This document shows positions 52,401 through 64,000 of a stretch of 64,000 bases of DNA, one piece after another; the stretch's first letter is position 1, and every line of letters starts with the position of its first letter. The translations under genes were made by a program, and so were the position numbers. Source of the DNA: Eledone cirrhosa (taxonomy: Eukaryota); NCBI GenBank assembly GCA_964016885.1, contig OZ024748.1, forward strand, positions 8,246,001 to 8,310,000, in the 5' to 3' direction. Below the pieces are notes generated by a model that was not told where the DNA came from, ran no database searches, and saw only the letters and a program-made list of their open reading frames with translations.

Positions 52401-53859
52401 TGGAAGATGTCATCTAGTTCTTAGTGAAATAAATAACTTTGTTTTACATATGGTGTTTGCCAAAAGACACAAATTAACTCTAACATTTTTAGGCATTCAC
52501 CTAAAAGAAAACAACATTAGAGAAGCTTCTATGTTATCACTGATCCTGCTAGAAACTGCAGCCAATCCTGCAATACTATTTAGAAAAGACAAGGATACAT
52601 AGCTAGAAAGGTTGTCATGCCCTCCATACAACTGAAGAGCCCTCTCAAACATGTTATTTCTAAATTATTCATTATCTTTCTACAATAAATATTGGTTAAT
52701 ATAATTCCATTTCCAGTCCAACTTCAATATTCTACGTCTTTTAGTTATCACTTGAGCAATCTTTTCATTCTACGGCAATCATATATTTAAAATAACATCA
52801 ATTAGGATTTATTTATGGCTATAGGTTTTCTAGATTTTCTTTTAAATGAAAATATTACAATATAATTTAAATTATTTTGTTTTCAATTAAATTAATTCTA
52901 AAAGTTTATTTAAAAATCTTATAATTACTTTGTTAATTATAAATTGCCTGCACTTAAGTGGGCTTAAATCTGGAGGGGATTTTTATTTTTAGTCTTAATT
53001 GTAGTTATATAATAAAGGATGTAAGGAAAATTGTAAAATATCTTCTTTTCACTCTTGGGACTTATCTAGAGCAGTTGTTTCCTCTTCTCAATACTTTGCA
53101 TGTAATCAACAGCATAAGAAATAAATTTAATATTATACATTTGCCTGTAGATGACTATTTAATGTGTAATAGGCCATTAAGTTGCACATTCCTCTTGATT
53201 TAAACTTGTATTTATCTATAGAAGTTGGATCTAAAACATTGATTCTATCTTTGATGATTTCAACAATGTTTATGTCTCTCAACAAGCTGCTGACAATATA
53301 GATTGTATCGATGGGAATTCAAGTGTGAGCTTGGTTTATGTTCTTTGAAAATAATGTATTCTCATATTATTTTGTTTTAATTTTATTCTTTAAATATCTC
53401 ATTTCTTTACCAAGCATTTTTATGTGTGTAAATTCTGAATTATAAGTTTTATTTTATAAAATTTATTATAATTTTATGTTTTCAATTTCTCAATATTCGT
53501 TTTCTACTAGAACATGGCCAAACTCTTATCTAGTGCTAATATTATGTCTTGTCTTGTCTATTTTTCCATGTTTTCAATTCTTAACATCGCACAAAAGCAC
53601 ATTAGCAAAACATTTTTGAAAAGTACAATATAATACTGACTGTATCATAGTCTGTGATGCAAATTTTCACAATAATCTGTTAAATGATCTGTCCACTGTT
53701 AAAAATGCTATAAACATTTGAATTAACAGACCTCATTTTAAGATATGTTCGGCTAAATTAGTTTCTTAATTGACAGATAATTGACCGAAAGAATACAATT
53801 GTGAATAGAATCAGCTGGAATGGGGTTCCTCTGAAGCGTCTTTGGAGTAACGTTTCTCC

Positions 53860-54085
53860 ATAAAGTGTGTAGTTTGGAGATTCAAGTAGAGCTGCTACTT
53901 TTCTGAATTGAGAGATCACAGTTCCGATATTACAAACATGTGGTCAGAATATCTTAAAAAAAAATCACTGGATTGATTTTACTGGCAAAAACCAACCAGT
54001 AAGAAACACTGAGGTAGACTCTGGGCAAGATGGTTTGATAACATCCATGAGCTCTGCTGGTCTTGCTTAGGGATGCATTGGAGAC
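53860..54085 (+). mobile_element. RTE (Rex3/Expander-like) LINE fragment, older copy
   Basis: collinear with 33410-33610 (ctgaattgagagatcacag..ggcaagatggtttgataacatccatgag). Confidence 0.8.
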
Positions 54086-54271
54086 TAGCTCCACCATGTG
54101 ACACCCACATAACTCATATATTAAACATGTTAAACCTGGTGACACCCACTTACCAACTGCCTGTCACAGGGACGCCATCTCAGAATTATTATTTGCTTTT
54201 TAAAACATTTTCTTTTTGTTTTGTTTGCTTAATTATCCTCAACTTAGGTAAGCAGAAAATAAATTTGCTAC

Positions 54272-54645
54272 TGACAACCACTACCACTACAACCACCACC
54301 ACTACAACCACCGCCACCACTGACAACCACTACCACCACCACTCTACCACCACCACCACAACAACAACAATCACTACAACCACCACTGCTACAACCACCA
54401 CCATTCTACCACTACCACTCTACCACCAACACCACAACCACTACTACCGCCACCAACACTACCGCCACCACTACCATCACCACCATCACTACCACCACCA
54501 TCCTACCAACACCACCACTACTACTACCACCACCACCACCACTACCACTACCACCACCACCACCCTACCACCACCTCCATCCTACCACCACCACCACCAT
54601 CCCACCACCACCACCATCCTACCAACACCACCACCCTAACACCAT
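54272..54645. repeat. (ACC/ACT/ACA)n degenerate trinucleotide repeat
   Basis: source of poly-T/H pseudo-ORF. Confidence 0.97.
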
Positions 54646-54769
54646 CATTGATGACAGGTCACTTGAGACAAATTGAAATCTGACATCTTCAAACTATTTA
54701 TTTGTGACAACTGTTAGAATATTTCTTATTCTTAAAACTCTCTTAAGGATTAACCCCTTACAATAAATG

Positions 54770-55145
54770 GCTGTAGTTCTAATTAACAATAGAGCTGTAG
54801 TTCTAATTAACATTTAATAGAGCTACAGTTCTAATTAACATTTAATAGAGCTGTAGTTCTAATTAACATTTAATAAAGATGCAGTGCTAATTAAGACTTA
54901 ATACACCTGTAGTTCTAATTAACAATCGAGCTGTAGTTCAAATTATGACTTAATAGAGCTACAGTTCTAATTAAGACATAGTACACCTGTAGTTCTAATT
55001 ATGACTTAATAGATGCAGTTCTAATTAAAACTTTATAGGGCTGCACTTCTAATTAAGATTTAATAGTGCTGCAGTTTGATTTAGACCTGTAGTTCTAATT
55101 AAGACTTGATAGATCTGCAGTTCTAATTAAGATTTAATAGAGCTG
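54770..55145. repeat. ~25-30 bp minisatellite (gctgtagttctaattaagacttaataga), ~13 copies
   Basis: direct. Confidence 0.92.
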
Positions 55146-55254
55146 AAAAAGAATTGAAATTAATTTTCCAACTTTTACCAATTTTATTCTAAAGTCTGAT
55201 ATTAGAACTCTCATTATATTCCAAACATGAACTTAAAAGAAAAAAAGTTTAAAG

Positions 55255-55513
55255 ACTGTCTCGGACCTGGAGGCTCATTAAGCCGGTGCTTATCCCGGTT
55301 TCATTGGTGTTAAGTAACTGAGAGTACAAGACTTCCCCCTGGACAGGACACCAGTCCATCACAGGTTTAAATCTACAGCTACTGCTGATACTCATTTTCA
55401 GCTATGTATACTGGAACAATGTAAAATGAAGTGTTTTGCTCAAGAACACAACACACAACCTGGTCCAGGAATCGAATCCATAGCATTATGATCATAAGTC
55501 CAACACCCTAACC
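55255..55513 (-). mobile_element. tRNA-derived SINE, second family (V-domain-like)
   Basis: minus strand ggttagggtg..ttcgattcctgg..gtgttcttgagcaaaacactt..gatggactggtgtcctgtccaggggg; partial copies 58276-58410(+), 14052-14122(-). Confidence 0.8.
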
Positions 55514-58424
55514 AAATTAGGCAATGAAAACTTAGTTATTTTACTGAATTCCTTATGTTTTTTAAAATTAATTGAAACACATAGACTGTGTTTTTCATTG
55601 GAAATATGTTAATAAAAATGTTAATCTAATATATCATTGTTTCAATTGAACTATAACCATAGAATTGTTAACTAATAATGCATAAATTCTTTAGTTTGTT
55701 TTAGTCAGCACAGCTAAGGCTATACAAGACCCCCACCCTACATTGCTATTTATGTCTAAACAGTATATTTTCTGTTGGAAATGTGCCATTATTTTGATAA
55801 TATTCAGCTGTTATGCTGTGATATATAATTGTTGGGAATAGATTTTTTTCTGGTTGTACCTTTTCAAGAATATCATTTTTATTTTGCCATTGATATTCAT
55901 CATAAAATGATCTATCAATATCTAATTTCCGGTCTGACATTCTTATGTTCTTACTTATAATTATATATGTCTTAAGAAATTATATTCAACTTCTTGTACC
56001 AGTTTCATGTATTTTACAATTCTGCACTTTCTTTTCATTAATGTTAAAAATATATCATAACATACAGGTGCATCTGTCCCCTCTTCGCCTGTTTACCTGA
56101 GTTACTAAACTATTATATATAACGATCATCTGTTGTAGTTATTTACATTGGGATGACTACAGTTTAAATATATGTTTGTGTGTTCTCTAAATGTAACATA
56201 TTTGACTAGAACAACTAGAATTGTTTAACATAGAATGAGATTGACTCCTTTATTTTCAACCCTTTTGATGCCAAACTCCCTCAACTGCCTCTGGTTCTAT
56301 GATAGAAAACTATAGTTTTAAAGTGTTTATTATTTATCTAAAAACTTTACATCATAATATTATGTTAGAACCTTTATTAAGTTCCAAACACCAGCATTAT
56401 AATGAGAAAATTGTTACTAAATGCCTTGAAATTCTTGATTGTTTTCAAACTTAAAAATCTTTCTTACCTTGTGTCTGTGTTGAAAATGTTGAAAGTACCA
56501 ACACATCTCAGCTTATGATTCGTTATTTTGGCTTGATTTAATTTTCTCTAATTTAACCTTCAACATTCTGTAATTAACAGAAAATGTCTAAAAACGGGTT
56601 TGTTAATTCAAATGTTTATTGTATCTTTACTAGTGAACAGTTGTAAAAATGTACAATACCATAGTAAAGTCTTTAATAATTAGTGTGTTGTAGTCATATT
56701 GTTGTTTTGTACTTTTCAAGAATGCCTTACTAATGTGGTTTGATGTGATACAGGATGTTGAGAGTTAATTTTACTTTAAAATATTATTTATTCCACTTCT
56801 GTACAAACTTCTCTGAGTGTTTTTGACAATTGATATTCCTCTGTGTAGTTGTTGATTAATACTATGTATAGCTGTTATATTTGGTTGAAAAATATCAGAA
56901 ATATGTAATTTTTAATTCAATTGAATTTTATTCTATAAATCCAAACCAAAAGTGAGTGTTCATAACTGCCCATAGCATATTTGTTCCCACCCATTACCTT
57001 TGTTACAGTCTATTTCTCCTATCTCACATTCCTTAGCCATCTTTGTCTCTATGGCTACAGCTGCCATTGGCATATTCTTAGCCAGACTTATAGCATCCAC
57101 AAGATTACTAGTTTCCATCCAATATTCCTATATCTGCTAGGATACACTGCACTCATTTAATTATTTAGCAAAATTATTTACTTTTTCATTTTTGTTCTCA
57201 GAAATTAAAAGTAAAAAAAAAAATGTCATTTTATATTTGTATTTTATTTTATAAAATTTTGATTTATTTTTCAGTTTTATATTTTTAAAATATTTGTTTC
57301 AATTTTAATTTAATTTTTTCTTGTTGTTACTTTTCTGAAAAGTGAATATGCTGCGAGAGGAAAGCCATGCTTTATTGTATTCTGAAGTATGGTTCATAAA
57401 GTTTAGTCACTTTCATGGCCTGTTTTCAGCAAAGAACTGCCAGCCACCATACTGCTATCTATAAGATGAAGATTTAATAAAATAAATTTTCCCCTCTTTT
57501 TTTTCTTTTTTGTTGTTGTTGTGATACCTTTAAGGTTTTAAAAGTCTTCAAAATAAATGAATAAATACATAAACAACTGCAGTGGGTTATAAGCAAAGCA
57601 TGCAGAAATGAAATTTTTAAAAAAACATGGAAGGAACAAAATTGGAATCCTAAGTATTTCTTTAATAATTTTAGTGAAGGAAAGAAATAGATAAAAAGAA
57701 AATATTAAAACTAAAAACTGTTTCTTTTACTTGAGATTACATCATTATGTTTTGAGGTATGCCAGGAGCTAGCCATTTTGATTTATTTTTCATATTTAGA
57801 AATTAATAACTTTACTAATAAATTGACAGGCCTTAGTTTGAATGCAATCATGTTTAATTAAAGCATTTTTCTAAACTTTCTCTTTTGTCTTCATTGCATT
57901 GGTGCAATTCACAGACAAATGCACCGATGCAATATAAGAATGACGATTCTTTTGTCATATTGTAGAAATACATCTTTTTTGCTGACTTCCACCATTTAAC
58001 TGTTATTTCATAAGAATTGCTACAGTAATTCTTAATTTCTCACTATATAGTTATTACTGAACTACTCTTATGTCATGACTGCTCTCTAATTATAATAGAT
58101 TCTGATTATAATGATGACTGTTGTGGTAATGATGCTGATAACTTGTGATTAAAATGATCTATCATGAAGATCATGATGATTGCTGTGATGATGATGATGA
58201 TATTTACTTGGTATATATGCTGGGTGATGACATGAGTCTCATGGTGTTAGGAATTGTGTGAAAGTAGATATGTGTGTGTGGCTTAGTAGTTAGGGTGCTG
58301 GTCTCACGGTTGTATGGTTAAGTGTTAGATTCCCAGACTGGCACATTGTGTCCTTGAACAAGAGACTTTATTTCACGTTGCTTCAGTCTACTCAGCTGGT
58401 AAAAATGAGTTGTTAACTCACTGA

Positions 58425-58770
58425 ATGAAATACCGAAGTGGTACTCTTTAAATAAGGTACTGAAGTGGTCCTCTTTAAATAAGGTACTGAAGTGGTCCTC
58501 TTTAAATAAGGTACCGAAGTGGTCCTCTTTAAATAAAGTACCAAAGTGGTCCTCTTTAAATAAAGTACCAAAGTGGTCCTCTTTAAATAAAGTACCAAAG
58601 TGGTCCTCTTTAAATAAAGTACCGAAGTGGTCCTCTTTAAATAAAGTACCGAAGTGGTCCTCTTTAAATAAAGTACCGAAGTGGTCCTCTTTAAATAAAG
58701 TACCGAAGTGGTCCTCTTTAAATAAAGTACCGAAGTGGTACTCTTTAAATAAACTACTGAAGTGGTACTG
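58425..58770. repeat. 27-bp minisatellite (aaataaagtaccgaagtggtcctcttt), ~12 copies
   Basis: direct. Confidence 0.97.
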
Positions 58771-60600
58771 AGGGAATTAGCATTTATTTATATATTTATA
58801 TATATATTTTTTTGCATTTATATGAAAACCTTTTTCAAGATTTGGTATTGTTTTTGTTGTGATGAAGCTGAATAAAATTGAAAATACCGAATAAAAAGTG
58901 AAGGAAATATTAAATAGCAACTATTGAAAACAAATATGAAAAATACAAGTGAAAAACCTTATTTCTGGAAAGATAAGAAAACTTTTGGTTAAGAAAAGAC
59001 AAAAAACATTGAAGCTTTTTAATGAAAAGAATAGAAAAAAATATACATCATAGCTTTAAAAAACACACCAGAAGCCGAGGAATAAAGAAAAATAAGAAAT
59101 ATTCAATAGTGATGTATATATAATGGTGATGATGTATATATAACGGTGATGATGATGATGTATATATAACTCAGTTTAAACCTTCAATCAATTTATTATA
59201 TATACTTTCCTTTGTTTTCACTGTTGTTTTTTCTCCAATTTCTGTCAGTGATCTTTTAATATGTAGCTCCCTTCTTTTTATTATTCTACCCTCTCTTATC
59301 ATATCCAAAGAAATTAACCACCTGAATATTTGTTGCAAATCCTTATCAGTTCAACTTTGTTATTATTGTATGTCTATTTTTGTTGTTGTTGTAGTTTTTG
59401 TTTTCCCTAAGTTATATATCTTATAACTCTGAGATTGCAGTGTTATAGAACTGTAGCCAGATGCACAGTGCATACACATGCATTGCATTGCATAGAAAGT
59501 GCATCATTGTTTGATAATGGTGACTCAAAATAAAAGTTCAGGAACTTAAAACTAAAGAAGAGAGAAAGAAACACAGCCATATTGAATAACTCTTTTGGGT
59601 TGAAATAGTTTCAACTTTTTTTTTTTTTTTCTTATGAATTAATCAACGAATAGAAGGAATTACTAGAATTATTATTAATTATTTCATTGATAGAGTTGAA
59701 ATCCCACTGAGGTTAACTTTGTCTTTCATCTTTACTGAGTCAATTTAATCAACCAACCCCCTTCTTTTTAAATTGCTAGTCTTGTGCCCAAAGTAGAAAC
59801 AACTTATATAAGATGAGGGACATCATCTTCCCTGTTTGTGTGTTCTCTTTCCATGCTTGGATAGATTAGACAGGTGATGGAGGCTAGCCAGGTCAGGTAA
59901 ACATATCTTCCTCACAGATCTGGGTTTTTTAACTTGGTTTCTACAGCTGGATGCCCTTCATAATGTCACCCACATTCCAGTGTGGATTGGAAGTTTTTTT
60001 TCTTGGCACCAACACTTTACAGGATGAACTGGGTGCCTTTTGTCATGACTCCAAAACGACCATCTAATAGAGTGGACTGGGTGCTTTTTTGTCTAGGTAC
60101 CTTATGTAAAATTATGTTGCAAGGTTTATTTTTAAATTATGAACAATTTAAAATAAGCAGTTTTGTATCATAAAACCAGGGGTGGTTTTATGCAGTTTCG
60201 TATTGAAAGGGTTAATATAGAAAACGTATAGGATCTCATTAGACTTTTATAAACAAATCTGGTTTTGGAATTGATGAGTCTCCAGCTTGGCCAGATACTA
60301 AAGCTATTGTATTTTCTTTTGTATGAGACAATAAATCTATGAATTATTTGTCCACAATTACATTTTATATTTTCTAGAGCCATCTTACAGAGCCATATCA
60401 TAACAAAACATTGTTACTGTGTCCACAATTACATTTTATTGTATATTTTCTAGAGCTATCTTACAGAGCCATAACAAAAGTTACTTTGTCCACTATTTTT
60501 TTTTTTAATTTAATATTTTTATTTGTTGCTTTCTAATTCCACTATAATAAGCAATTTAAATCAGCCACTTAATCAAAACTTTGCACGGCTCTTAGACTCC

Positions 60601-60842
60601 TTAATGCATTTGCGACCATATTTCTATTGAAATATACTGTTTCAATTAATTTCGAAAATAATCAAGAATTTGGAGGAATTTTTGTAAAATAATTTTCTGT
60701 CATTATTAAGCCTGTAGAACATAAAAACTCATTAGATAAAATTATCATGTGGGATTTTAATTTGAATATAAACACTTTAAAACAGAAGGTTTTGTATGAT
60801 AGAACCAGGAGTGGTCTCAGGTGGGTTGCTATGAAAAGTTAT
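60601..60842 (-). mobile_element. piggyBac-type MITE family B
   Basis: starts ttaa..accatatttctattgaaata, ends tgtatgatagaaccaggagtggtctcaggtgggttgctatgaaaagtt. Confidence 0.75.
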
Positions 60843-61029
60843 GACGATGATGGCTGTTATTGTTTTGGCAAGGAAGAGTAGCAACTGCTTAATAGTTGTA
60901 GTCTTTCTCTCCTCCTCCTCCTCCCTCTCTTATGTTATATACACATATACATACATTGTTGAAATATCTATTACATGATATCTAGCAGATATTCATAACA
61001 CTTACTGTCCTGTACCACATGAAACCGCA

Positions 61030-61235
61030 TTAACCCTTTAACATTTACATTACTCTATATTTACTATTATATTTTTGTGCTAAAGGCTTTACCTCACATA
61101 ATATCGAATTTAAGAGATTTTGATATTATTTATTTTGAAAACACTACCTTAGTATGAGTGGCTGGTTACAGCCGATTTGAACAGAAAGGGGTGAGAGCTG
61201 GCCAGATATGACCGGTTTAAATGCTAAATGGTTAA
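61030..61235 (+). mobile_element. piggyBac-type MITE family A
   Basis: ttaa-ccctttaacattt ... aaatgctaaatgg-ttaa. Confidence 0.88.
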
Positions 61236-61411
61236 AATGTATGTATTTATCTGATTGTACGAATACAGTTGTGTCACCAATAATAAAAAATATATCAATG
61301 TCTATGTTTGTAAATTGTATAACTATATTCTCATGTAGCTTTAGAATTGCTACATGTTGGTTTGTCTGTTGGGATTCTTACATAATCTTATATACATTTT
61401 ATTTGTTATAG

Positions 61412-61477
61412 GTGAGACGGGAAAGAGAGCAACAAGAACTTGCAAAAGCTGATGAAGATTTTGATGGTTTTCCCTAA
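61412..61477 (+). CDS. PSMD3: Rpn3/PSMD3 terminal coding exon
   Basis: ttgttatag| acceptor; VRREREQQELAKADEDFDGFP then TAA at 61475-61477; compare recalled human [25 protein letters not shown]. Confidence 0.93.
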   Translation: MRREREQQELAKADEDFDGFP

Positions 61478-61694
61478 AGAATTTGGTAGGTTTCCTCTTG
61501 AGATTCTTCACTTATATTTTCTACATAAATATAATTATTTTACGTTTCTATTTACCATCACTAACAATATATGTATTGTACTCTGGTACTTCTTTTTGAT
61601 AGTTTTAACTTATTTTATATATCATAACCATCATTGTTATGTATGTGTATGGCTGACTAAAAACGCATGAGTGTTTTTTGTTTTTTGTTTTCCG

Positions 61695-62062
61695 TACTGG
61701 AGGAAGGGAGATTATGAATAGAAACTACTGGAGGAAGGGAGATTATGAATAGAAACTGTACTGGAGGAAGGGAGATTATGAACAGAAACTACTGGAGGAA
61801 GGGAGATTATGAACAGAAACTGTACTGGAGGAAAGGAGATTATGAATAGAAACTGTACTGGAGGAAAGGAGATTATGAACAGAAACTGTAATGGAGGAAG
61901 GGAGATTATGAACAGAAACTGTACTAGAGGAAGGGAGATTATGAATAGAAACTACTGGAGGAAGGGAGATTATGAACAGAAACTGTAGTGGAGGGAGGGA
62001 GATTATGAACAGAAACTGGACTGGAGGAAGGGAGATTATGAACAGAAACTGTACTGGAGGAA
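61695..62062. repeat. 30-33 bp minisatellite (gtactggaggaagggagattatgaacagaaact), ~11 copies, in probable PSMD3 3'UTR
   Basis: direct; starts ~220 bp after the stop codon; ends in an inverted copy. Confidence 0.96.
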
Positions 62063-64000
62063 GCCTCCAGTACAGTATCTGTTCATAACCTTCCTTTGTT
62101 CAACTTGATCTCACAGAGTTTCTGTTCATAAACTTTATTTTGTGTGTAAAAAGTAGATCTGACTGCCTGTTCCTCCTGAACGTTATTAAATATTAGAAAC
62201 AATCCTTCAGTTGCATTCTTTGAACAGTTAACAGCAGCATACTACAGACAGTATAAAGATAAAACAAGTGTATTTTAATTCTTATACAACTCTATATTGT
62301 TTAGAGTTATATATATATATAAGAATTATTTTACTCATTGCAAACAATTGGTCTTCAATCAGCTTATAAAAAAATATTTCTATCATTTAACTAATGACAT
62401 ATTTATCAAAGAATTATATTTTGTTCAAATTAATCTTGTGTGTTTGTGTATGTATGTGTGTGTATGTGAGAGAGCGAAGCGGGGGAGAGAGAGATTTCCC
62501 CCATCAAAACATAAGTGATTTTATTTTCTACATTTGCTTGGTTGGAAAAAATTTGTTCAAAGCACAGCAAAACATTGAGTAATTTAGATAAATGGATCAA
62601 AATTGCTAAAGATAAAAATTAGTGAAAAATAGAACAAAATCGTTTCTACTCTAAGAAAACTTGATAAACATTTTAGTTGTTATCTTACTTTAGATGGGTA
62701 TGAAAAATTATAAAAGCCTAAGAAATAGATTATGGAGAAAACAAGGAAAATTAAGACATGATTGTTAAATAAAAGGATTTCACGAGGAACTCAGTGTTTC
62801 TATATGGTAGTAAATACCATTAATGAAACTTTTAAGATATATTTACTTTTATTTACTTGTTCATTTTGTTGAAGTTTATTTAGTATTTATCATCTCTATC
62901 TTCCTATTAATATCTTTCAAAACTCGATTCAATTGTCTACTTTTTTTTTTTCTCCTTTTGAAGTTTAAAAGAAAAAAACAAAAACAACAACAAAAAACAA
63001 ACCAAAAAAGAAATACTGTTACTGAATATTTAACCAAAGGCTTTATCAATTTTTCTTGTGTATGTTTATTATTTTGTGAACAGTTCTAAGACATCTTCAA
63101 CATATTCTATAGATGCTGCAATTTACTCTTTATTAGAGATTCCATTCACATTATTTTAGTTAAACAACTCTTGGGGTTTGATAGAGAAAAAAACCTCCAC
63201 AAACTTTACCAAGTATGTTTTGTTGTAAGAAAGTGATGCTAACATGGTGAGGCAGTGAAGCTGTCACTTATGATGAACAGATCATAGTTTCTGGCTGGTC
63301 AGCCTCTTCTAATTAACTCTGGATGAATAAACCTATGGTCAAAGGTATTCCAGTAGTGACCATCTCATCTTGTTGTTACACACAGTGTATCCTCGACTAT
63401 ATTATCCAATAACTATGACTGTCATTAGGAAGTTTATTATGCAACCACATGGTTTTCAGTTCAGTCCCACTGCATGGCACCTTCATTAATAAATGATTTC
63501 TACTCCAGCTTCAGGTTGACTTCTCAGTGAAAGTATTTGGTATATAGAAACTATGTGAAAATCTATCACACACATTATATATATATATATAAATATATAT
63601 AATGTGTGTGAAAGGTAAACAGAAATAACACAATCAGTATAGTATATGGAAGGAATATATTAGGTTAATGCTTGAATTGATTGGTGAGGACATGAGGCTG
63701 TTGAATACTGCCTCAAAAGGTCTCATCCAACCCATGCCATTCTCTTAAAAAAAAGGTGCTAAAACAATGATGATGGTGTTCCTTTTTAATAAATGCTAGA
63801 TTGTGACTTGGTTGAATGAGTGTTGAGGTCCTCTTGATGGTTTATAATTCTCAATGTGTAGTAGGGATGCCTTGTAAGTAGTTTTTTGGTATTTCAATCA
63901 TTGCTGGTGTTGACATTAAAGTTTAGATCAACTCTTGCTGGTGGGGAGAAACACATGTTAAATGATGATGATGGTGTATAGTACAATATTTTGAATATAT

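Noticed and set aside
54073-54639. Mucin-like or His-rich 188-aa ORF
   Set aside because: Degenerate trinucleotide repeat following a LINE fragment
3399-61411. U12-type or non-canonical introns in PSMD3
   Set aside because: All eight introns have ordinary GT-AG U2-type ends; no GTATCCTT or ATATCCTT donor

Overview
AT-rich, microsatellite-dense animal genomic DNA; the SINE repertoire looks octopus/coleoid cephalopod-like (inference from recalled repeat families, not a database result). One gene is well supported: the last nine coding exons (395 codons plus stop, all GT-AG introns, frame continuous) of the 26S proteasome lid subunit Rpn3/PSMD3 on the + strand (3258-61477). Its N-terminal exon(s) lie upstream of the window. 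The last three introns are very large (25.0, 16.7 and 12.0 kb). The rest is repeats: two TTAA-flanked piggyBac-type MITE families, several tRNA-derived SINE families, fragments of RTE, CR1/L2 and CRE-like non-LTR retrotransposons, and many mini- and microsatellites. The long ORFs in the supplied track are repeat artefacts. I found no CRISPR array, no RNA gene and no demonstrably new system. The best leads are: tandem arrays that appear to be born from piggyBac-MITE ends; a duplicated 5' splice site that would make a stop-containing isoform; a last exon that regenerates a splice donor; Lys codons that A-to-I editing could restore to conserved residues; and many intronic and 3'UTR fold-back structures.
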